NCBI RefSeq assembly: GCF_009914755.1
Contig: NC_060926.1
DNA: 64,000 nt
Source: the human T2T-CHM13v2.0 reference genome, Homo sapiens
Strand: one strand, 5' to 3'
Shown here: positions 40,740-56,300 of the stretch, one piece after another
Position numbering within the stretch: the stretch's first letter is position 1
Layout: each line of letters opens with the position of its first letter
The notes under the pieces: generated by a model
What the model was told of the DNA's origin: nothing
The model's database searches: none
What the model saw: the letters and a program-made list of their open reading frames with translations, nothing else
Program-made: the position numbers and the translations under genes

Positions 40740-41870
40740 CCAAACTTAAGCCAAAGAGCTAGCTGAGAAGATTACTTGGTTATAATTTTGACAAAGAAAG
40801 AATGATTTAAAAGTTAGAGACAAGATCCCAGAGGACTGAGTCGAGAATTGGGAGATCTGCAATTGGGGGATCTGCAATAAGAGATCTCCAGTAAAGAAAC
40901 TGGAAACATCTTCCTGGCTGGATTTCAAAATATCTGTGGATCAGTAGCTGCTATCTGCCTCCCATTTTTTCCTTTTTTGACAATAGTGTCTATAGTGGTT
41001 TTTCCAAGCAAGTCATATCATTTCATTGCATTTTGGGTGGGTGGGTGTGTCAGCGGGTAGATTCTTTGTGTTCACAGGTGTTCACAGGTGTTCAGATCAG
41101 GGAACAGTGCTCAAGGTGCTGTACCTGAGAAATCACACTTAAGAAATATCTTCCAACGTAGAAGAAATTTAGGTAATGGGATATTGAGCTTCAAGTCAAT
41201 CCCATGATGAGCTGAGTACTGGGGACATTGGGGGAGAAAATAAGTGTATTTTCATATTGGAGATTTGTAAGTTGTGTTGTGTGCCTATGGGGAGGATTAC
41301 AGCAGAGTGTAGTTTCAAAAGATGGCCATGCCAATCTCTATTCCACCCAATATGTTATTCTTACAATAGGACTATTTGTCACTCCTCTTATGCAGGGCTG
41401 GGTCTATACCCCTTGCAGGATTTTTGTGACTTCCTTAGCCAATAGCATAGGGGAAAAGTGACACTGTGTGATTTCTGAGGATAAATCATAAAAATGTCAC
41501 GCACTCAGGGTTTGCTTTTTGAGAAGTCTTGCTTTCAGTTGTATGCTGCGAAGAAGTCCAAATGAGTTACTCAGAGAGACCACAAAAAAGGTTATATGTA
41601 GATATTCTATATGAAAGCCACCTGAGGTCCAAGATGTAGCTGCCATTTATAGCCTGACATATGAGAGAAGACTCTACCATATTTATCCACTCATCCCCCA
41701 TCAAGTTAGTTCAGCCTTTGAGTCTTCTCAGCTAAGGCCTCAAAGACAATTTTTTCTTGCCTTGTGCTATTCTTATTCCTGACCCATAGAACCCATTAAT
41801 ATAATCAAATTATTGTTTTATGTCACTATAATTTGAAGTGGCTTCTTACATTAGATAGTTGATAAACTCT
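40740..41870 (+). mobile_element. MaLR internal 3' end plus MLT1G/H-like LTR (LTR from ~41308)
   Basis: MLT-int-like text, then TGTAG...AAAGATGGCC...CCTGACCCATAGAACC...TTGTTTTATGTCACT. Confidence 0.6.
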
Positions 41871-44187
41871 GAAGTAATTTTGAAAAATCAAATATCCAAG
41901 CACATTTTACATTAATGTCTATTTTTTCATTGTAAGTATAAATAATTTAAAAGGGAATAATTTCTGGCTTCTTATTAATATAGACATTTTCCTAAAAATT
42001 GGAGATGAGACAAATACTTTGGCAATTTGAAAAGAAAATTGACTGTATAAAAAATACATGAGCATGATTTTCTTCAGCAATTGGAAATTTTGCATTGTCT
42101 GCTTTTCTTCATGAACTTAGATTCCTTTTCTATTTCCCTTACAAAATATTGAACTTCTGTAACACATTGCATTTTCAACAATTTCTTTCACAGCATTTTG
42201 GAGTGTTAAAACTTGGGGTAGATATTTTGTGAAATAGGACTAAATTGCACCTACTTTCCACCTACTCAAATTACTAGAGAGGTTTGGATTAGTTGATTAC
42301 TTGTAAAACTTGGCCCTACTGTAATTAGGCACAACAACAAAGTGTTTTACCAAGTGAATCATAGATTCAGTTCAAATACTGCAATAAATCTTAGATAAGC
42401 ACCGTGAGGGATTTGTACATTTATTAATTTGTTTTTTAATTTGGTACAATTTTTCAGAGCAAAGGATAGGGATAAAAATAAGTTTCCCATAATCAAATTC
42501 CAGTTCAATACAGCATAGCACAAGCTGACATAATAGACAATAGTTTTACACTTCAAATGTAATCATAATTTCAAAAGACCCTTAGACACAACTACATTGT
42601 ATAGGCATACTAATGTGTAAATAAAAAGAAATGATTATAATCAAATATAGTTAGGTTATTTTTTTTCAGGACATACTATGTTGCATAATACTCTGGGATA
42701 TAGTGTGCTCAGTGGAAATGGCAGACACCTGTAGTTACAAAGTTTGGGAATAAAATTCTTTGAGGAAGGCAACTGTATCAGTAAGGAGTCCTTTGGTTGG
42801 AAGGTATATACACACATACATACATATGTATATGTGTGTTTGCATATAGAAATATATTTAACACACATTTTAAAAAGGCTAATAAAAAATTCAAACCAGT
42901 GGCCCCAAATAGAAGATTGTCATTTGATGTTTATTAATAACACTGAGCTAACTTGGTTCAGTTTATTAAGAGAAAGATATCTTTCTCCTCATTGTTGATT
43001 CTCAATTCCAGGTGGCAAAAAGACCAGTATAAGGCTATCTGGGGCTGGCACAGGACAGGGACATGCCAACGACAACCAATGGGGAGTAGAGAAGTAATCT
43101 AAAACACTCACAATGCTGAGGACAAGAACTCACAATGAAAAGTAACTGACTTGCTCCAGTACACTGCTGTTGAGAAGCCATGTTAGTGGTCACCATCAGA
43201 GACTCTGCTTAGAGCCAACTGCTATTAATACTTCCTTTATATGGACTTCTATTCTTGTATGAGTGAATTGGAAACACAAAATTATATATATGTAAAATAT
43301 ATATTTATTCCATATTTATTTATAAAAATGGGTTTTTACTGTATACACGATTTTATAGTTTACGTTTTTCCTCTTAGCAAGTTCTCATGAATATTTTCCA
43401 TGTTTCCTATTCTTCAACATGATTTTCACATTGTGTTTCTTCAAAATAACACAATATCTTCTACTTTGTCACTTGCTAGCTATGGGACAGGCAGTTGGAT
43501 TTTGCTGTTATAAATAGTGCAACAAAGTAGAAAATCCTTGTACTCACATGTAGCTGAAACCTCAAGTTGAACCACAGACTTTGCCCATCACTGTGGTTTA
43601 TGCAAATATGGGTATATATGGGGCACTGGGGGAAACGACCCAACAAGAAATATATTTGCACTGGGATGAAAAATCTTTTGAGAAACAGATCATTTGGGGA
43701 TTCATACACATTTGATAATAGATGGCAGAGAATTCCAAGTAGCAAGCTAGCACAGTCTTTCATTCTTTTGAAAAATAACCCCAATATTTAGTTGAGTACA
43801 TTGCTACTTTAAAAATGCTACAAGTCTTATCATCCTTGTTGAACTTAAATCTCCTGGCATTATATTCTGGTCAATGAGATACTCGATGAAATGTTCTATT
43901 AAGTCCAGAAAGTCTCCTTAAAATGAAGGAATGCTCGTATTTCCTCTCTCTATCCTGCTTCCAGGGACTTGTATTTTCTATCTGGTGCTCTGGTATCCAT
44001 TTCAGTAATAAGGAAAACAACCATGCCCTCAGGAGGATGGCACAATAGTGTAGAAGAAGACTGGATCTCTGACAACTTTTTTAGCTTTCATAGCAGTCTA
44101 GGCTGTCCTCTTATGGACTTTTTTTTTTAGGTAAAAGAGAAATCAAATTTCAACCTTGTTCAATCAACTGTTATTTGGAGTTTCTCT

Positions 44188-44606
44188 GTGTATTCGTTTT
44201 CTAGGGTAGCCATAACAAAATACCAGAGACTGAGTGGCTGAAACAACAGAAATTAATTTTCTCACAGCTCTGAAATCTGGGAGTCTGAGATCAAGATGTC
44301 AGCAGGCTTGGTTTCTTTTGAAGCTTCATTCTTTGGCTGAAAGATAGCTGTCTTCTTGCTGTGTCTTCACATGGCCTTTTTCTCTGTGTAGGTGCATCCC
44401 TGATGTATCTATCTCTGTATGCCCTAATATTTTCTTCTTATAAGGACACTAGTCAGATTGGAATAGGACCCTTCTACCAGTGGCTTCATTTTAGTTAAAG
44501 GCCTTATTTCTAAATAAAGTGACATTCTGAAGTCCTGGGGGTTAGGACTTCAACATATAAGTGAGGGGGTGGCGGGGCGGTGGGACATGCAATTCAGTCT
44601 ATCACA
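44188..44606 (-). mobile_element. MaLR LTR, MLT1B-like, next to an older MaLR-like stretch (~43750-44187)
   Basis: CCATAACAAAATACC...TCTCACAGCTCTG...CTTATAAGGACACTAGTCAGATTGGA...GGGGTTAGGACTTCAACATA. Confidence 0.8.
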
Positions 44607-47600
44607 CTGTAACATATCTAATCAAAAATAATCTTAAGTGCTAACAGCAGAGTGTCTGTATGCCTGAGAGACTCGTAAGATGACCTAAACAAAATCTATT
44701 TGTCTTCTAGAAAGGAACATCCTAAGGTTTGGCTAGATGGGCCCAGGAACAAAATGCTGGGTATCTGAGTAAAGTAGTAACAGTTAACTTGACTCTGTCT
44801 TCAGCTCAGCTCTAAGGAACAAAAGTACATGCTTAAGGAGAGAAAAAGCAATAAGAAAAAATGTTTAATAATCTTTCATCATTCCTATAAAACTGATGCA
44901 TAAGAAATATAGCTTTGCAATTATTTTGCAATTATTTTTGCTTGATGGATTTCAGGACCAAATTTTTTAATAAAAATATATTTTTAATTTTTAATCTCAA
45001 CAGATGTTTTCAAATTGCTATGCAAAATGGTTCTAATTTACTAACACATAATAGTAATAATTTGCTTCTAATAGGTCTCTTTGAAAGACACTTTGTCCCT
45101 AAAAAAGCTGAGGGGAATGACTTTAGCCAAAGTTTAGATGTCTTCTATCTTTGCAATTAATTGAGCTCCAAAGTGAGCTCATTCTTTAGATGGAAGAGTC
45201 CTTGGACATAAAGTCAGCTTTTTACCAGGGCTGTCTTAACTAAAGACAGTGCAGCTTATTTGACATTTATTGAGTTTCAGCTGTGGAAGACCAAGCTAGA
45301 CTTCCTCTATAGGCTGGTTTATAATCTAATGCCAGAATCTAAAGAAGCAATGAATAAGAAAGCAAGGAAATCACAAGAGCTATGGAGTTGATAGATTGAT
45401 TTGTATTTGATGTTCTCAATGAACTCTGCCTCAGATGCAAAGTACCACACTGCAGGAACAAATTGGCTATTAGGAAAAAGCTTCATGTTCTAACTGGAAA
45501 GGGAATATGCTTTTTAATGTTTTTAATAGTACAGAACGAAGAGAGGGAGCAAAGAAATAAAAACATGCTTTAGAAACAATTAAGAAAACAGTGTAGAAAA
45601 GATAATGGAAAAATGAAACACAGATAAAAGCTAGATAGTAACTGGGATTTAAAATTTAAAAAGACGAGTGGATTAGATTGGAGAATAAAACTTTGAAGCA
45701 GTAAAGGTATTCTGAAAATGGTAAAGAAAAAAACCAGCATGATGCAATTCAAGAAGCTCAAATATTGAAGAACTACTTGTGAAAGTTCTTCTACATGGCC
45801 CAATAAAGGCTGGGGATAAGAAAAGAAGTCCTAGTCTCTTATCTCAGAATATTAAAGCTTATGATTACTGAGGACTCACTGCAGTGCAGATAGCTGTAAA
45901 TCTGACTCACAGTGTCTTTTACACAGTGAGGTAATTTATTACCTGATGTAGTTGGAATGTGCAGTCTTAAGATGGGTTTCATGGTGGTTTGATCTAGAGA
46001 CAGCAGGTTCACTAAGAATCTGTTTTTTGTTTCTCTTTTTGTCTTTTAACTTTTCCTGTCCATTGTCAACTTCATAAAGATACCTCCTTTCCTCAACATA
46101 TCATCGATGCCAGTGCCAATAGTTTCCAGGGCTCCCTGTTTCCTCATTCATGTTTACAAACAGAAATAGTGGATGCTTTCCCAAACCATGGAAAAAAAGA
46201 CCTAGTTTTCACTAGTATTGGACTAGCATAGATAACATGTCTATCTTTGAGCTAATTACTGAGACAAAGGGTACAGGATTATGCTAACTGGTGTAGGTGT
46301 ATTAAGATTCACTTTGAATTTCTGAATGCAAGCACTCAAACAGTAGGGATAACACACAGGAAAATCTGGGCATTATTAGGAAAGGAGAAGGAAAGATTGA
46401 TGCTGGGGCTATGTAGGCAAGACAAAATATGTTCACTATACCATCCTAATAAGTAGTAACAATCATGTACAGAACTAATTCCAACTCAAAGCACAGCTAT
46501 TTAATAGTAAGTATACTACAATCAGAAGGGTGAACTGTATACGGGAAATTTTGAAAGTGTAAACTCTATCTCTTCCACCTCCATGGGAATATTTAGTTTG
46601 CCTTTATTCAAAGAGAGCTTCTATGCCCTTCATATTTTCATTCAGTTTTGTAAATTGCACTGTGGTTGGAACTATATATCAATACCCAGGTAAAAGGAAT
46701 CAATATATTTTCCTGCTAAGGGTGTGCTACACCATCCATGTCTTTTCCTCCCATGATTGTCAATATTTATGTAAATATTATAATATGAGGTTTTGCCTTA
46801 GAAGACAGAGACCCTTGCAACACAATTTAAAAAATGTTGCTGCTACATTTGTTTCATTTCTCATGCCAGATTTTGTAGCCCTTTGCTGACTCCCTCCGAC
46901 CTCAAATATCACAGCACCAAACTTTATATTAGGGGCTATTTTGAGCTAATTAGCTATAGCTGCCAATGAGTAGGATATTGGCAAGTTGTTGATTTGGAAA
47001 ATTAAGTAAAAGAAAACAAGACAAAGAGGATTCCAGAAGTGTTTTGAAGTGTTATAAAATTACAATGGTGATGCTTTCTGAATATTTAAATATAGGAATC
47101 AAAAGGTGCTCAACTTTTGTATTTTGAGCTTAAATATTAATGAACATGCTCACTGCCTAGTAAATGAAAGTATATATCCCCTAAATATCTTTTCTTCCAA
47201 TTTCATTAGACTTATTTGCAGCAGAGGTCACTCATTCCACCCTACCTCTTTGAAGAATAAAGTGTTTATATCAAACAAAACAAATAAAAAGAAAAGCCTG
47301 ATTTCCCTACAGGAGCATGGTTATTAGGAAACCTAAGAAAGTTCTGCTTCAGTCAGAGCCTCCTAGGACCATGGCCATGTCCTGGTCACATTTAGAAGCA
47401 TTTGTCCTCACAGCTTGCTACAAATAAGGTTCCAGATTATTTGCCACTGCACAGGGGTAACTCAAGGCCAGGATGAACATGTCTTTCTTTGCTTCTATTT
47501 ACATGGTCTGTGGAAAAGGGGATGGAAGTGCTCTGTGTTCAATAAGAACTGAAATGAAACAAAACAAAACATAATTATTAAGTAAACAAAAATTATTAGA

Positions 47601-48291
47601 GAATATGAATCATTTTATCCCAAAGAGATAAATGAATTTCTAATTTGGCTCTGCTGAAGAAACAAGTTTGAATTCAATGCTCCCTTACTAATTCCAAAGG
47701 TGCAAACATCTTTACAGGCCCAAATGAAATCAAACTAAATGAAATGATAAAAAAGGAACCAGAGTCTTGTTTTATCTCAGATCTAGTAGCTAAGAGAGGC
47801 TGAACACAATTAATAGGCAAAGGGTATTTGAGAAGACAATATGTTCTAGATCTTGGGCTTTTTGTTTGTGTGCATTTTAACTTCCTCCCTAAAAGGAGGC
47901 TCCAAAACCACATTTCCAATACACATGACACCTCTGATATGCTTTCAGCTTCACTGGCCCCAAGGGTGGATCAAGAGTGTGGAGAGAGCAAGGGTTCAGT
48001 CTTCTTTGTAAACTGTAATCCTTAGAACTACTTTGTGTCAGCTTCCAATGTTGCACATCAAAGAACCTCCTTATGCCCAGAGAGGGTTTTTTTTTTTTTA
48101 TTTTTTGTTTTCCATTCTGCTCTAAATTTCTATTACTGGGAGTAAAGGAATGCCGAAAGACTCCTGAAGTAATGAATATACTTGTAGTATTACAAGTTAT
48201 GTTCTAATATAGTTTCTTCTTGTGGCAAATATTCCTCTATTGCTTCTGTGCCTCTGCCCACTCCAGTTGTTCTGCAGGTTATCAGAAGTAA

Positions 48292-48440
48292 CACTGATGT
48301 GCTGTAGTTGACCGGTACTGCCATACAAGATGGATTATTAAAGTTATGGGAATTTTATGAGCTGGTTATTAAAATATTATCAGCTTGAAATAGGTCAGAG
48401 CAGAAGTATTTCTACTACGGGAACCGCCAGTTGCAGTGGT
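48292..48440. mobile_element. hAT DNA transposon fragment, MER63-like
   Basis: Resembles recalled MER63 end (…GGAATTTTATGAGCTGGTTATTAAA). Confidence 0.4.
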
Positions 48441-49577
48441 TCGTCTATTAACGGTGTCATCTGTTGGGAATAAGTCTAAACTTCTCTTACTCTAACACAG
48501 GCTTCCTTCCCAGAACAACCCTTCCTGAAATATGAAATGAGAACTAAGGAAAGTTTAATTCATTCTCAAAGGGAAAATATGCAATTTTATATAAATAACC
48601 CACTAAATGAATAGTATTCCTTATGTTAGAAAAGTATGTATGCTTGATCACAAATATCTGGATCCATAAATTGGGAAATATTAACACTGTTTAGTAACTA
48701 TTTTTTATTATTTAGCATGTCTGGAAAATGATATATTCTGACTCATTAAATATTCTTAGTTATTTTTTAAAAATAACCAAAATGCCTAGATCTGTATTAC
48801 CAATTTTGAAGAAATAAAATATAAAAGATATACTTAATATCTTTTATGCAGGATATAATTTGATTTTGTCATGATTCAGATGGTTCCTCACTAATTAAGA
48901 ATCATCATTATGAGCAGTCTGTTTCATCATATTTTACTTGTTTAGAGATTACTGGTGAATGGCATGTCAGGGACAAAACGCACGTATATATCAGAAAAGT
49001 GATAGTGAAGAAATTCAGATTTCGGAAGTTTTTAAAATGAAAATGTCTTCCTTCTCTAGCATACATTTTCCTGCATACAGAGTTTATAACCTTGTAGGCA
49101 GCTTTGGCTTTTCTCCCTCTTGCTTCCTTATCTTTCATATTTCGATACGGATATTACTATGCATTGTACTGTTGCATTTACCTCTTTTTTCATTTCTCAG
49201 CTCTAATCCCTTAACACCTGAACAAATGCCTCCTCTTCACTGGACTCCCTTTATTTTTTATATGATTGCAGTCACTTTCTCCTTTAAATATGATGTTGAT
49301 AGTGTCACTTTTGCGTGGTGACTCTCAACTGCTTGTCAAATTAAATAAAATCCCCTGGCACTGCTTTTAAGACTCTCCACTTACTGGTATTTCTCTTCAG
49401 CTCTGTATGGGCCAGACACTCCCATGGCATCTCAGGGCCATGCATCATGAGGAACAGTAGAATGATTCCATATGAATGGTAAAGCAATGATAATAACTTG
49501 ATCCAAAGGAGCCTTCCAACTGAGGTCAAGCCAGCTGTTACTTGTATGGTCAAAAACCATGATGGTACCTACAAGGT

Positions 49578-49762
49578 ATGTGATTTTGAGTATTAAGTTA
49601 CTTAATCTCTCTGTGTCTTATCTATAAAGTGAGCTAATTGTAATAGTAACTACCTCATAAGGTTGTTGTAAGATATAAATGAATTTAATACAAGTAAAAC
49701 ACTGAGAGCAATGTCTGGCACATACAAGATACTCAGTGATAGTCAAGCATACTGTTTGTATT
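49578..49762 (+). mobile_element. MIR
   Basis: AAGTTACTTAATCTCTCTGTG...CTACCTCATAAGGTTGTTGTAAG...TGTCTGGCACATA core. Confidence 0.8.
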
Positions 49763-50582
49763 ATCATCATCTTCATGATCATCATCTCCACTTCACATAT
49801 GTGGGAAACATGGCACAAAGTTCTATTCATGCATAACAAATATGTGTCTCTCTTCCCCATCCCATTGTTAGGATCTCTGGCACATAAGGTCCTTTGTTGT
49901 TGTGACATAAATCTCTATAATGCTTTGCGTAGTGCCCTGAGCTAACTGTTTAAATCAACCCATGATTTCTTGTGGATGCAGAGCAGAAGTATACCTCTTC
50001 CATAAACTTAACAAATTATTCTTTGTTATACAAGCTGTAAACTGCATAGGTAAATGAATATGGACTAGCAAAGATTCATTTATCTAACAGTTCCAGTATC
50101 CACTGGTACCTGTGGAAGGATAAAATTCATACTTATAAATTATGTTTTAAGTAGTTGAAAATGCTCTGGGTGATTTGTTGGTAACATTATACACTGTCAA
50201 GTATGAGAAACAGGTGAAAATTAGAAATACATTTAATACTGATGAAGAAGATTTGTGCAATTTCATGTAAGTGGATGAGTGGCTGATAATGGGAAAGCAG
50301 CTCCTGTGGAGCAGGTTAATAAATGTCCTGTCCCAAAGAAACCACTTGGAAACCTAAGCTTATCTTACAGAGAAGTGAAACCATGGCTCCAACTACAAAA
50401 TATAAAATGCATCAAGTTCTTCAAAGGCTTTCCTTTCATATCAGGCCTAAATCTCAGTTCTGTATACAATAAAATGCCACCTCATGAAACTTCCCTCTCC
50501 TCCTGATCAAGTAGAGTCCCTGCCCGTCTCTGACCTGTGCTTGTTTAGAATTTGGAAACTTGTAGAGCAATTGAAACAAACA

Positions 50583-50830
50583 GATCCAATAGGATTAGTG
50601 TCCTTATAAGGAGAGACATCAGAAACTCACGTCCTCTCTCTGCCATGTGAGGACACAGAGAGAAGGCAGCCAAATACAAGCCAAGAAATGAGCTCCTAGC
50701 AGAAAGAGAATCAACTAGCACCTTGATCTTGGAATTCCCAGCTTCCGGAACTGTGCAAAATTAAATGTCTGCAGTTTAAGCCAACCAGTCTACAGTATTT
50801 TTTTAACGGCAGGCCAAGCTGACTAATACA
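50583..50830 (+). mobile_element. 3' half of a MaLR LTR (MST/MLT1A-like)
   Basis: GGATTAGTGTCCTTATAAG...GCCATGTGAGGACAC...CTGACTAATACA. Confidence 0.75.
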
Positions 50831-51344
50831 TCCCTCTGCTTCCAGAAGAGTTAAGAGCAGTGCATTGCCTGCTGATTGGATATGTTTCCATTGCACATTG
50901 CATCTTCAAGAACCAGTGTGGGTTTGAAGGGGAACTTTCTTACATGACAAGGGAAATTAATTTTGTTCTTGTTGGACTGAGAGACAAGTTCAGCAAGCAT
51001 GTGAAGCAAAAGAGACTGAAATTAAATTTAAAAATAAACATCAACTGATATTTTTAATAAAGGAAGAGATTCATCTACCAGGAAGCTTGATTTCTCATTC
51101 TTAAATATAACATTGACAAACTTCTTAATCTCTCTTGATACCTTCTCTTGTCTAAGAGACTTAGTTTCTACACCTGTAAAAAAGAAGTAATAATATTTGC
51201 CCTCTCACTCTAAAAACACTGGTATGAGAATAAATTAGAAATGGATGGAAAAAAAGCTCTGCAAACTCTAAAACAAACTTTAAGTAACATACAAATGAGG
51301 TAAGTTTTTTTAGGTTTATTGAGAAAGGATTCTAAAAACGTTTA

Positions 51345-51850
<506 letters not shown>

Positions 51851-52019
51851 TTAGGAACAACCCGGGAGAATCCATTTCGGATGGCAGAGGTACAAAAGAG
51901 CTAAAGGAAACGTCAAAAAAAACCTGACATACTGTAAACTTCCGTGCACATTTCATTGGCCAAAGCAAGCCACATGATCACACCCAACCTCTCTGTTTTG
52001 TTATTGGTTCTTCCATCCA

Positions 52020-53310
52020 AAGTCAATCTTTTATTCTGTGCTTTATGATGCTGAGGATGGAGCTCTGCAAACATATTGTTCCTTTTCTAGCTACTCTCTG
52101 GCAATAGAAGATGCTAAAGGGAAATTGGAGGAGTGGAGTAGGGAGGAGGGACTTGTTTCTGCTTGTTTTGCTTCCTGTTCTGTCATTAGCACCACAACAA
52201 CGCTTTTTATCAGAAAGTTTCCATTTTTTTCCCCCTGAAATCTCAAAACCAGCTGTGTTGTACTCCTTCAAAAATACTGACAGCTAGCCAACATAGAGGT
52301 ATGTTCTTTTAGGAGAGGTATGTTCTTTTAGGAGGAGACACAAGCCCTGACAGTTAACTCCTTCTCTCAGATATCCTGGCTCAACTCCAGGGGTCCTTTC
52401 TCTAAACTCCTGAGGAATTAGCACCAAGCTGGGGAACAGCCCTTCCTCTGAGGTAGGGAGGTTTTTCTGTAGGGTCTCTTATCCAAGCTTCTAGCTTCAA
52501 ATGCTCCAGCATCTCCCCTTTGGTCTGCTAACCTGAAGACTGATAGCTGCATTGTATAAGGAACATCTGTTTACTTCAGTGTCACCTCTTGGCTTTTCTG
52601 TTCTTCTGTACCTGTTTAACCGATTTCTTTTAAGAATGTCTCTGTACTAAGCTGGAAGCCATATTTTTTTCTTTACTAGGCACTTACTGATGTAATGCTT
52701 GCAATCAGGATTTTAAAATATGAGACTCTGAGAAGACTATGTTTGAAACACAGAAGATTCTGTAGGGCTCTTTTAGTACTTCCATGTCCAATGGGAAAAG
52801 TGAATGGCAGATCACAAACATCTAAAGACAGAGACACAGAGCCATTCAGATCTAACAAATAAAGGTGTGGGTCACTCTAGAAGACAAGTAACTCCAACCC
52901 TGCTAAGGACCTGGTAAAGATAAGAGAAAGAGGAAATATGTTGTGGAAGAAAAAATGTATAAATATCAACTGTGGCTTTGTAACCACTTATAAAAACTAG
53001 AACTGTAGAAACAAGGTAAAATTTCTTACTTGCTTTTATTTTAAGTATAGGTTTGTGTGGATAGATGATAGATAGGTAAAGACATCAGCGACAAAGAAAT
53101 CAAACAATGAACACCGAAGAGTCTTCCCAGATGCAACTAAACATTCAGACTCACAAAGCTATAGTAAGTGGGCCTGCACCAGACACAAAACCTTCTGGTG
53201 CCTTGATCTTGTAGTTCCCAGCCTCCAGAATGGTGAGAAATAAATCTCTGTTGTTTACAAGCTATCCAGTTCATGGTATTTTGTTACAGTTGCCTGAAGG
53301 GATTAAAACA
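52020..53310 (+). mobile_element. Old ERVL/MaLR debris (LTR33-like ~52020-52650; MLT LTR 3' end ~53175-53310)
   Basis: Weak resemblance to LTR33; clear CCTTGATCTTG...CCAGCCTCCAGAA...GAGAAATAAATCTCTGTTG MaLR end. Confidence 0.45.
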
Positions 53311-56300
53311 CTGATAATTTCTGCCCTTCTAGCAAGCTGGGTTCCTGTCCTATATTATTCTAACTAGGTCAGAGCCAAGTAATAGCTTTGAGCAAATTAA
53401 TCACAGTTACACAGTTATTAAGCAATTTATACTCAGATCTTCCTGATTCCAAATAGATGCTTATAAAACAGTACATAGCGTGATTAACTTCTTCTGGACA
53501 CCTCAGAGCTAATTTGACATGGCAGATCCTACATATTCCTAATTTAGGCAGTTTCTTTCATAGTGTTATCTTAGGTGATGTCCCTTAAAATAGTGTCCTG
53601 TCCAAAAATATCTCCCCCATGGTCTATGGTTACACTAAAATTCCACCATATGTAAAATACTTAAAAGCAATGTATTCAGTGCATTTTCAATTCTCACCTC
53701 TCTCTTCTTTTGCTCCTCTCAGTTGTAAAAGTATTTCTTTTCTATACCTAGGTAACACTTCCACCTGTACTTTTGCATTCATCATTTCCTCCTTTCTGTA
53801 GAACAGAAGTTCTCAGACTGTGCTGCCTGGAACCTCTTGGCAGGGACAGTGGCACAGAGAAGACAGGACCCTGATGCCCCAGCCTCTCTTCATCCAGAGC
53901 AACTCTGCCTTCACCTGCTCAGACATGGGCTCACAAATATCTTCATTTGAATAACAGATATTAAGCTAAAATAGGCATTAAAATTTTGCTATAGCATATT
54001 TTTTTTCTCAGCTTTTGGACCTTTAAGTATTTCCCTTTCTATGATCTAACCCCTATCAACTGCCAACATACTGAGGTATCTCTAATGTTATTTTGTTCTA
54101 AACTTGGAGTTCTTCATAGCAGCCAGCACTTGTTGTCTGGACAGTTCCTTATGCTGATAGCCTAGATAACGGACAGTAATAGGTCTCCCTGGGTCTTCCA
54201 TATTTGCCCCATTTCTTCCAGGGAGATTTTAATCAAGACACAGATTCCAATATTGTTTTCTGAACCTTTCAGATAATTTTCTAATGTTTACAGGGTGATT
54301 CCTATCTATTGGCTGGTAATTAATACTTGCTCTACTTAACTATTTACGTAACAAAATTTGTTATATTATTTGAAAACAATTTTTAAGATTTTTCCTAACA
54401 GTCACTTCTTAACAAGAAGAGATTTCCTCAGCATTGAAGGTCCAATAGCTACTATTTACTCTTCATTATAACGGCTTAAGAAATATAACATTTACTGAGT
54501 ATCTTTGTCTTATTCTCTATTGTTTGTTTTCTATTTTATTGACTTTTGCTCTTTATATTTACTTCATTTTGTTTACTTTTAGTTTATTTTTTTCTTCTCC
54601 TAGATTGTTCTCTCTGAGTTGTTGGATTGCCAATTTTTTAAAAAATAGTCTATCATTAAATATACTCAAAGTAAAGTTGGATCACTCATCACTGTGTCAC
54701 TTAGATACTTTAAAACAAATAATTTTTCTTAAATAAGGCAGGTAGTGGGTGAGCTTTATAGATAACAGTGGCATAGACTCTAGAATTTTAAGCTCACCTT
54801 CATTGAGCCTGCAAATCTTTTTTACTGAAAGCATACCCAATTAATTGCAATGTAGAGACATATACTTTATCAAGTCCATGGGATTTTTCTACATAAAATG
54901 ATCCAGTGCTAACATCCCAAACAATAACACTCACACAGCATACAGATACACACCAAATCTCTTGGTTATTTATGCCAGTAGTGTTTGCATCAGGGGACAA
55001 TGTTTATGTTTAACCCATTTGTCAACTTTTCAGCAGGCTTATTCTCTCTCATAATGCTTCTTCCAAACAGAAGCAGTGTCTTAAGTCACAGGTTTCGTCT
55101 CCAATCAAGCAGGTATACTTGTTGAAATAATTCTCTGTATGTTTGAATAAACTATGCTGTGGCATATACACTGAAAATTTCAAAAGAATATACTCTACTT
55201 CTGATTTCCTGGATGAATATAAATGGATTTCACTAATACCTCTTAATCACAGAAACTAAAACCAATTTAACAGAACTCCTGTTGGTTGCCACAATAGGGT
55301 ATAAAAGAAGCAGACTGATCAGACAAAAAGTTTTATTAATAGCATGCAGCCATTCATCAGAGGGTACACAAGACCTTGGATTTCATATATATAGGAGGTA
55401 AATTAAGGCAAGTATTTTCCCTTTAGTATACATATTCCATCTCAGTGGTTGCTATAACTTTGGTACAGTCTGTTGCTCTTACAAATAAGTATTGATGTTT
55501 ATTTCAGCTGAATCCCTTTTAAAAGGAACTAGAAATTTTACTAAAGCAAATTGAAATATTCAACTTGCCATGGAGAAAAGATTTCTAGTCTGTCAGAAAG
55601 AATGTGTCTTTTTACTTTATCTTTTAACTATTTGTATTGTGTTCCATTGAGAGAAATGCTTGATTGAAGTTTAACTTTGTACACACTGGGGGTATATGCT
55701 ACTCTCAGGCTCACCTATTTGCTGCTCTAATCTAGAGGGAGAAACATAGATCAGAAATTAGGGCCCTTTTTATCACACGCCTCTGTCTTTAAAAGGAGAT
55801 TCAGGGGCTCCTAGTCCCCACTAGACCTGCTAAAGCTGCTCTGGGCAAACAGTAAGGCTGTGTATGTTTTTTTCATCATTTTACTTTTTTTTTTTTTTTG
55901 CAGGGAGTCAGTGTAGCTTAGTACCTAAAGTCATATTATCTGAATTTAGTCTGATTGGGTCCCCAACTCCACTCTTTGACCCATCTACCTTATGAGGATA
56001 TTCAAAGTACTAAATGAGTAAGTGTATAAACTATATAAGACAGTCTACTATTATTACTGAATTTGTGGATATTTGGTAGCAGTCTTCAGGACATCTCATC
56101 TTAATCCCCTGCTTTTGAAATCCATCTCATTTCATGAGGATATAGGGAGAGAAATACGAGTAAGTGGAAGGTGGTGCATAACCTTATTATAATGTTGAAG
56201 CTGTTGAATTTCAATAGAAGCCTCAGTCGCTGAGTCAGGCCTGACCTAAAATATTGTCTGACTCCCACAACATGCAGAACAACATGTGGCCAGAAAATGC

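Noticed and set aside
52297-52335. AGAGGTATGTTCTTTTAGG tandem duplication and similar micro-duplications (41070-41095, 61999-62058)
   Set aside because: Ordinary slippage duplications with no further structure.
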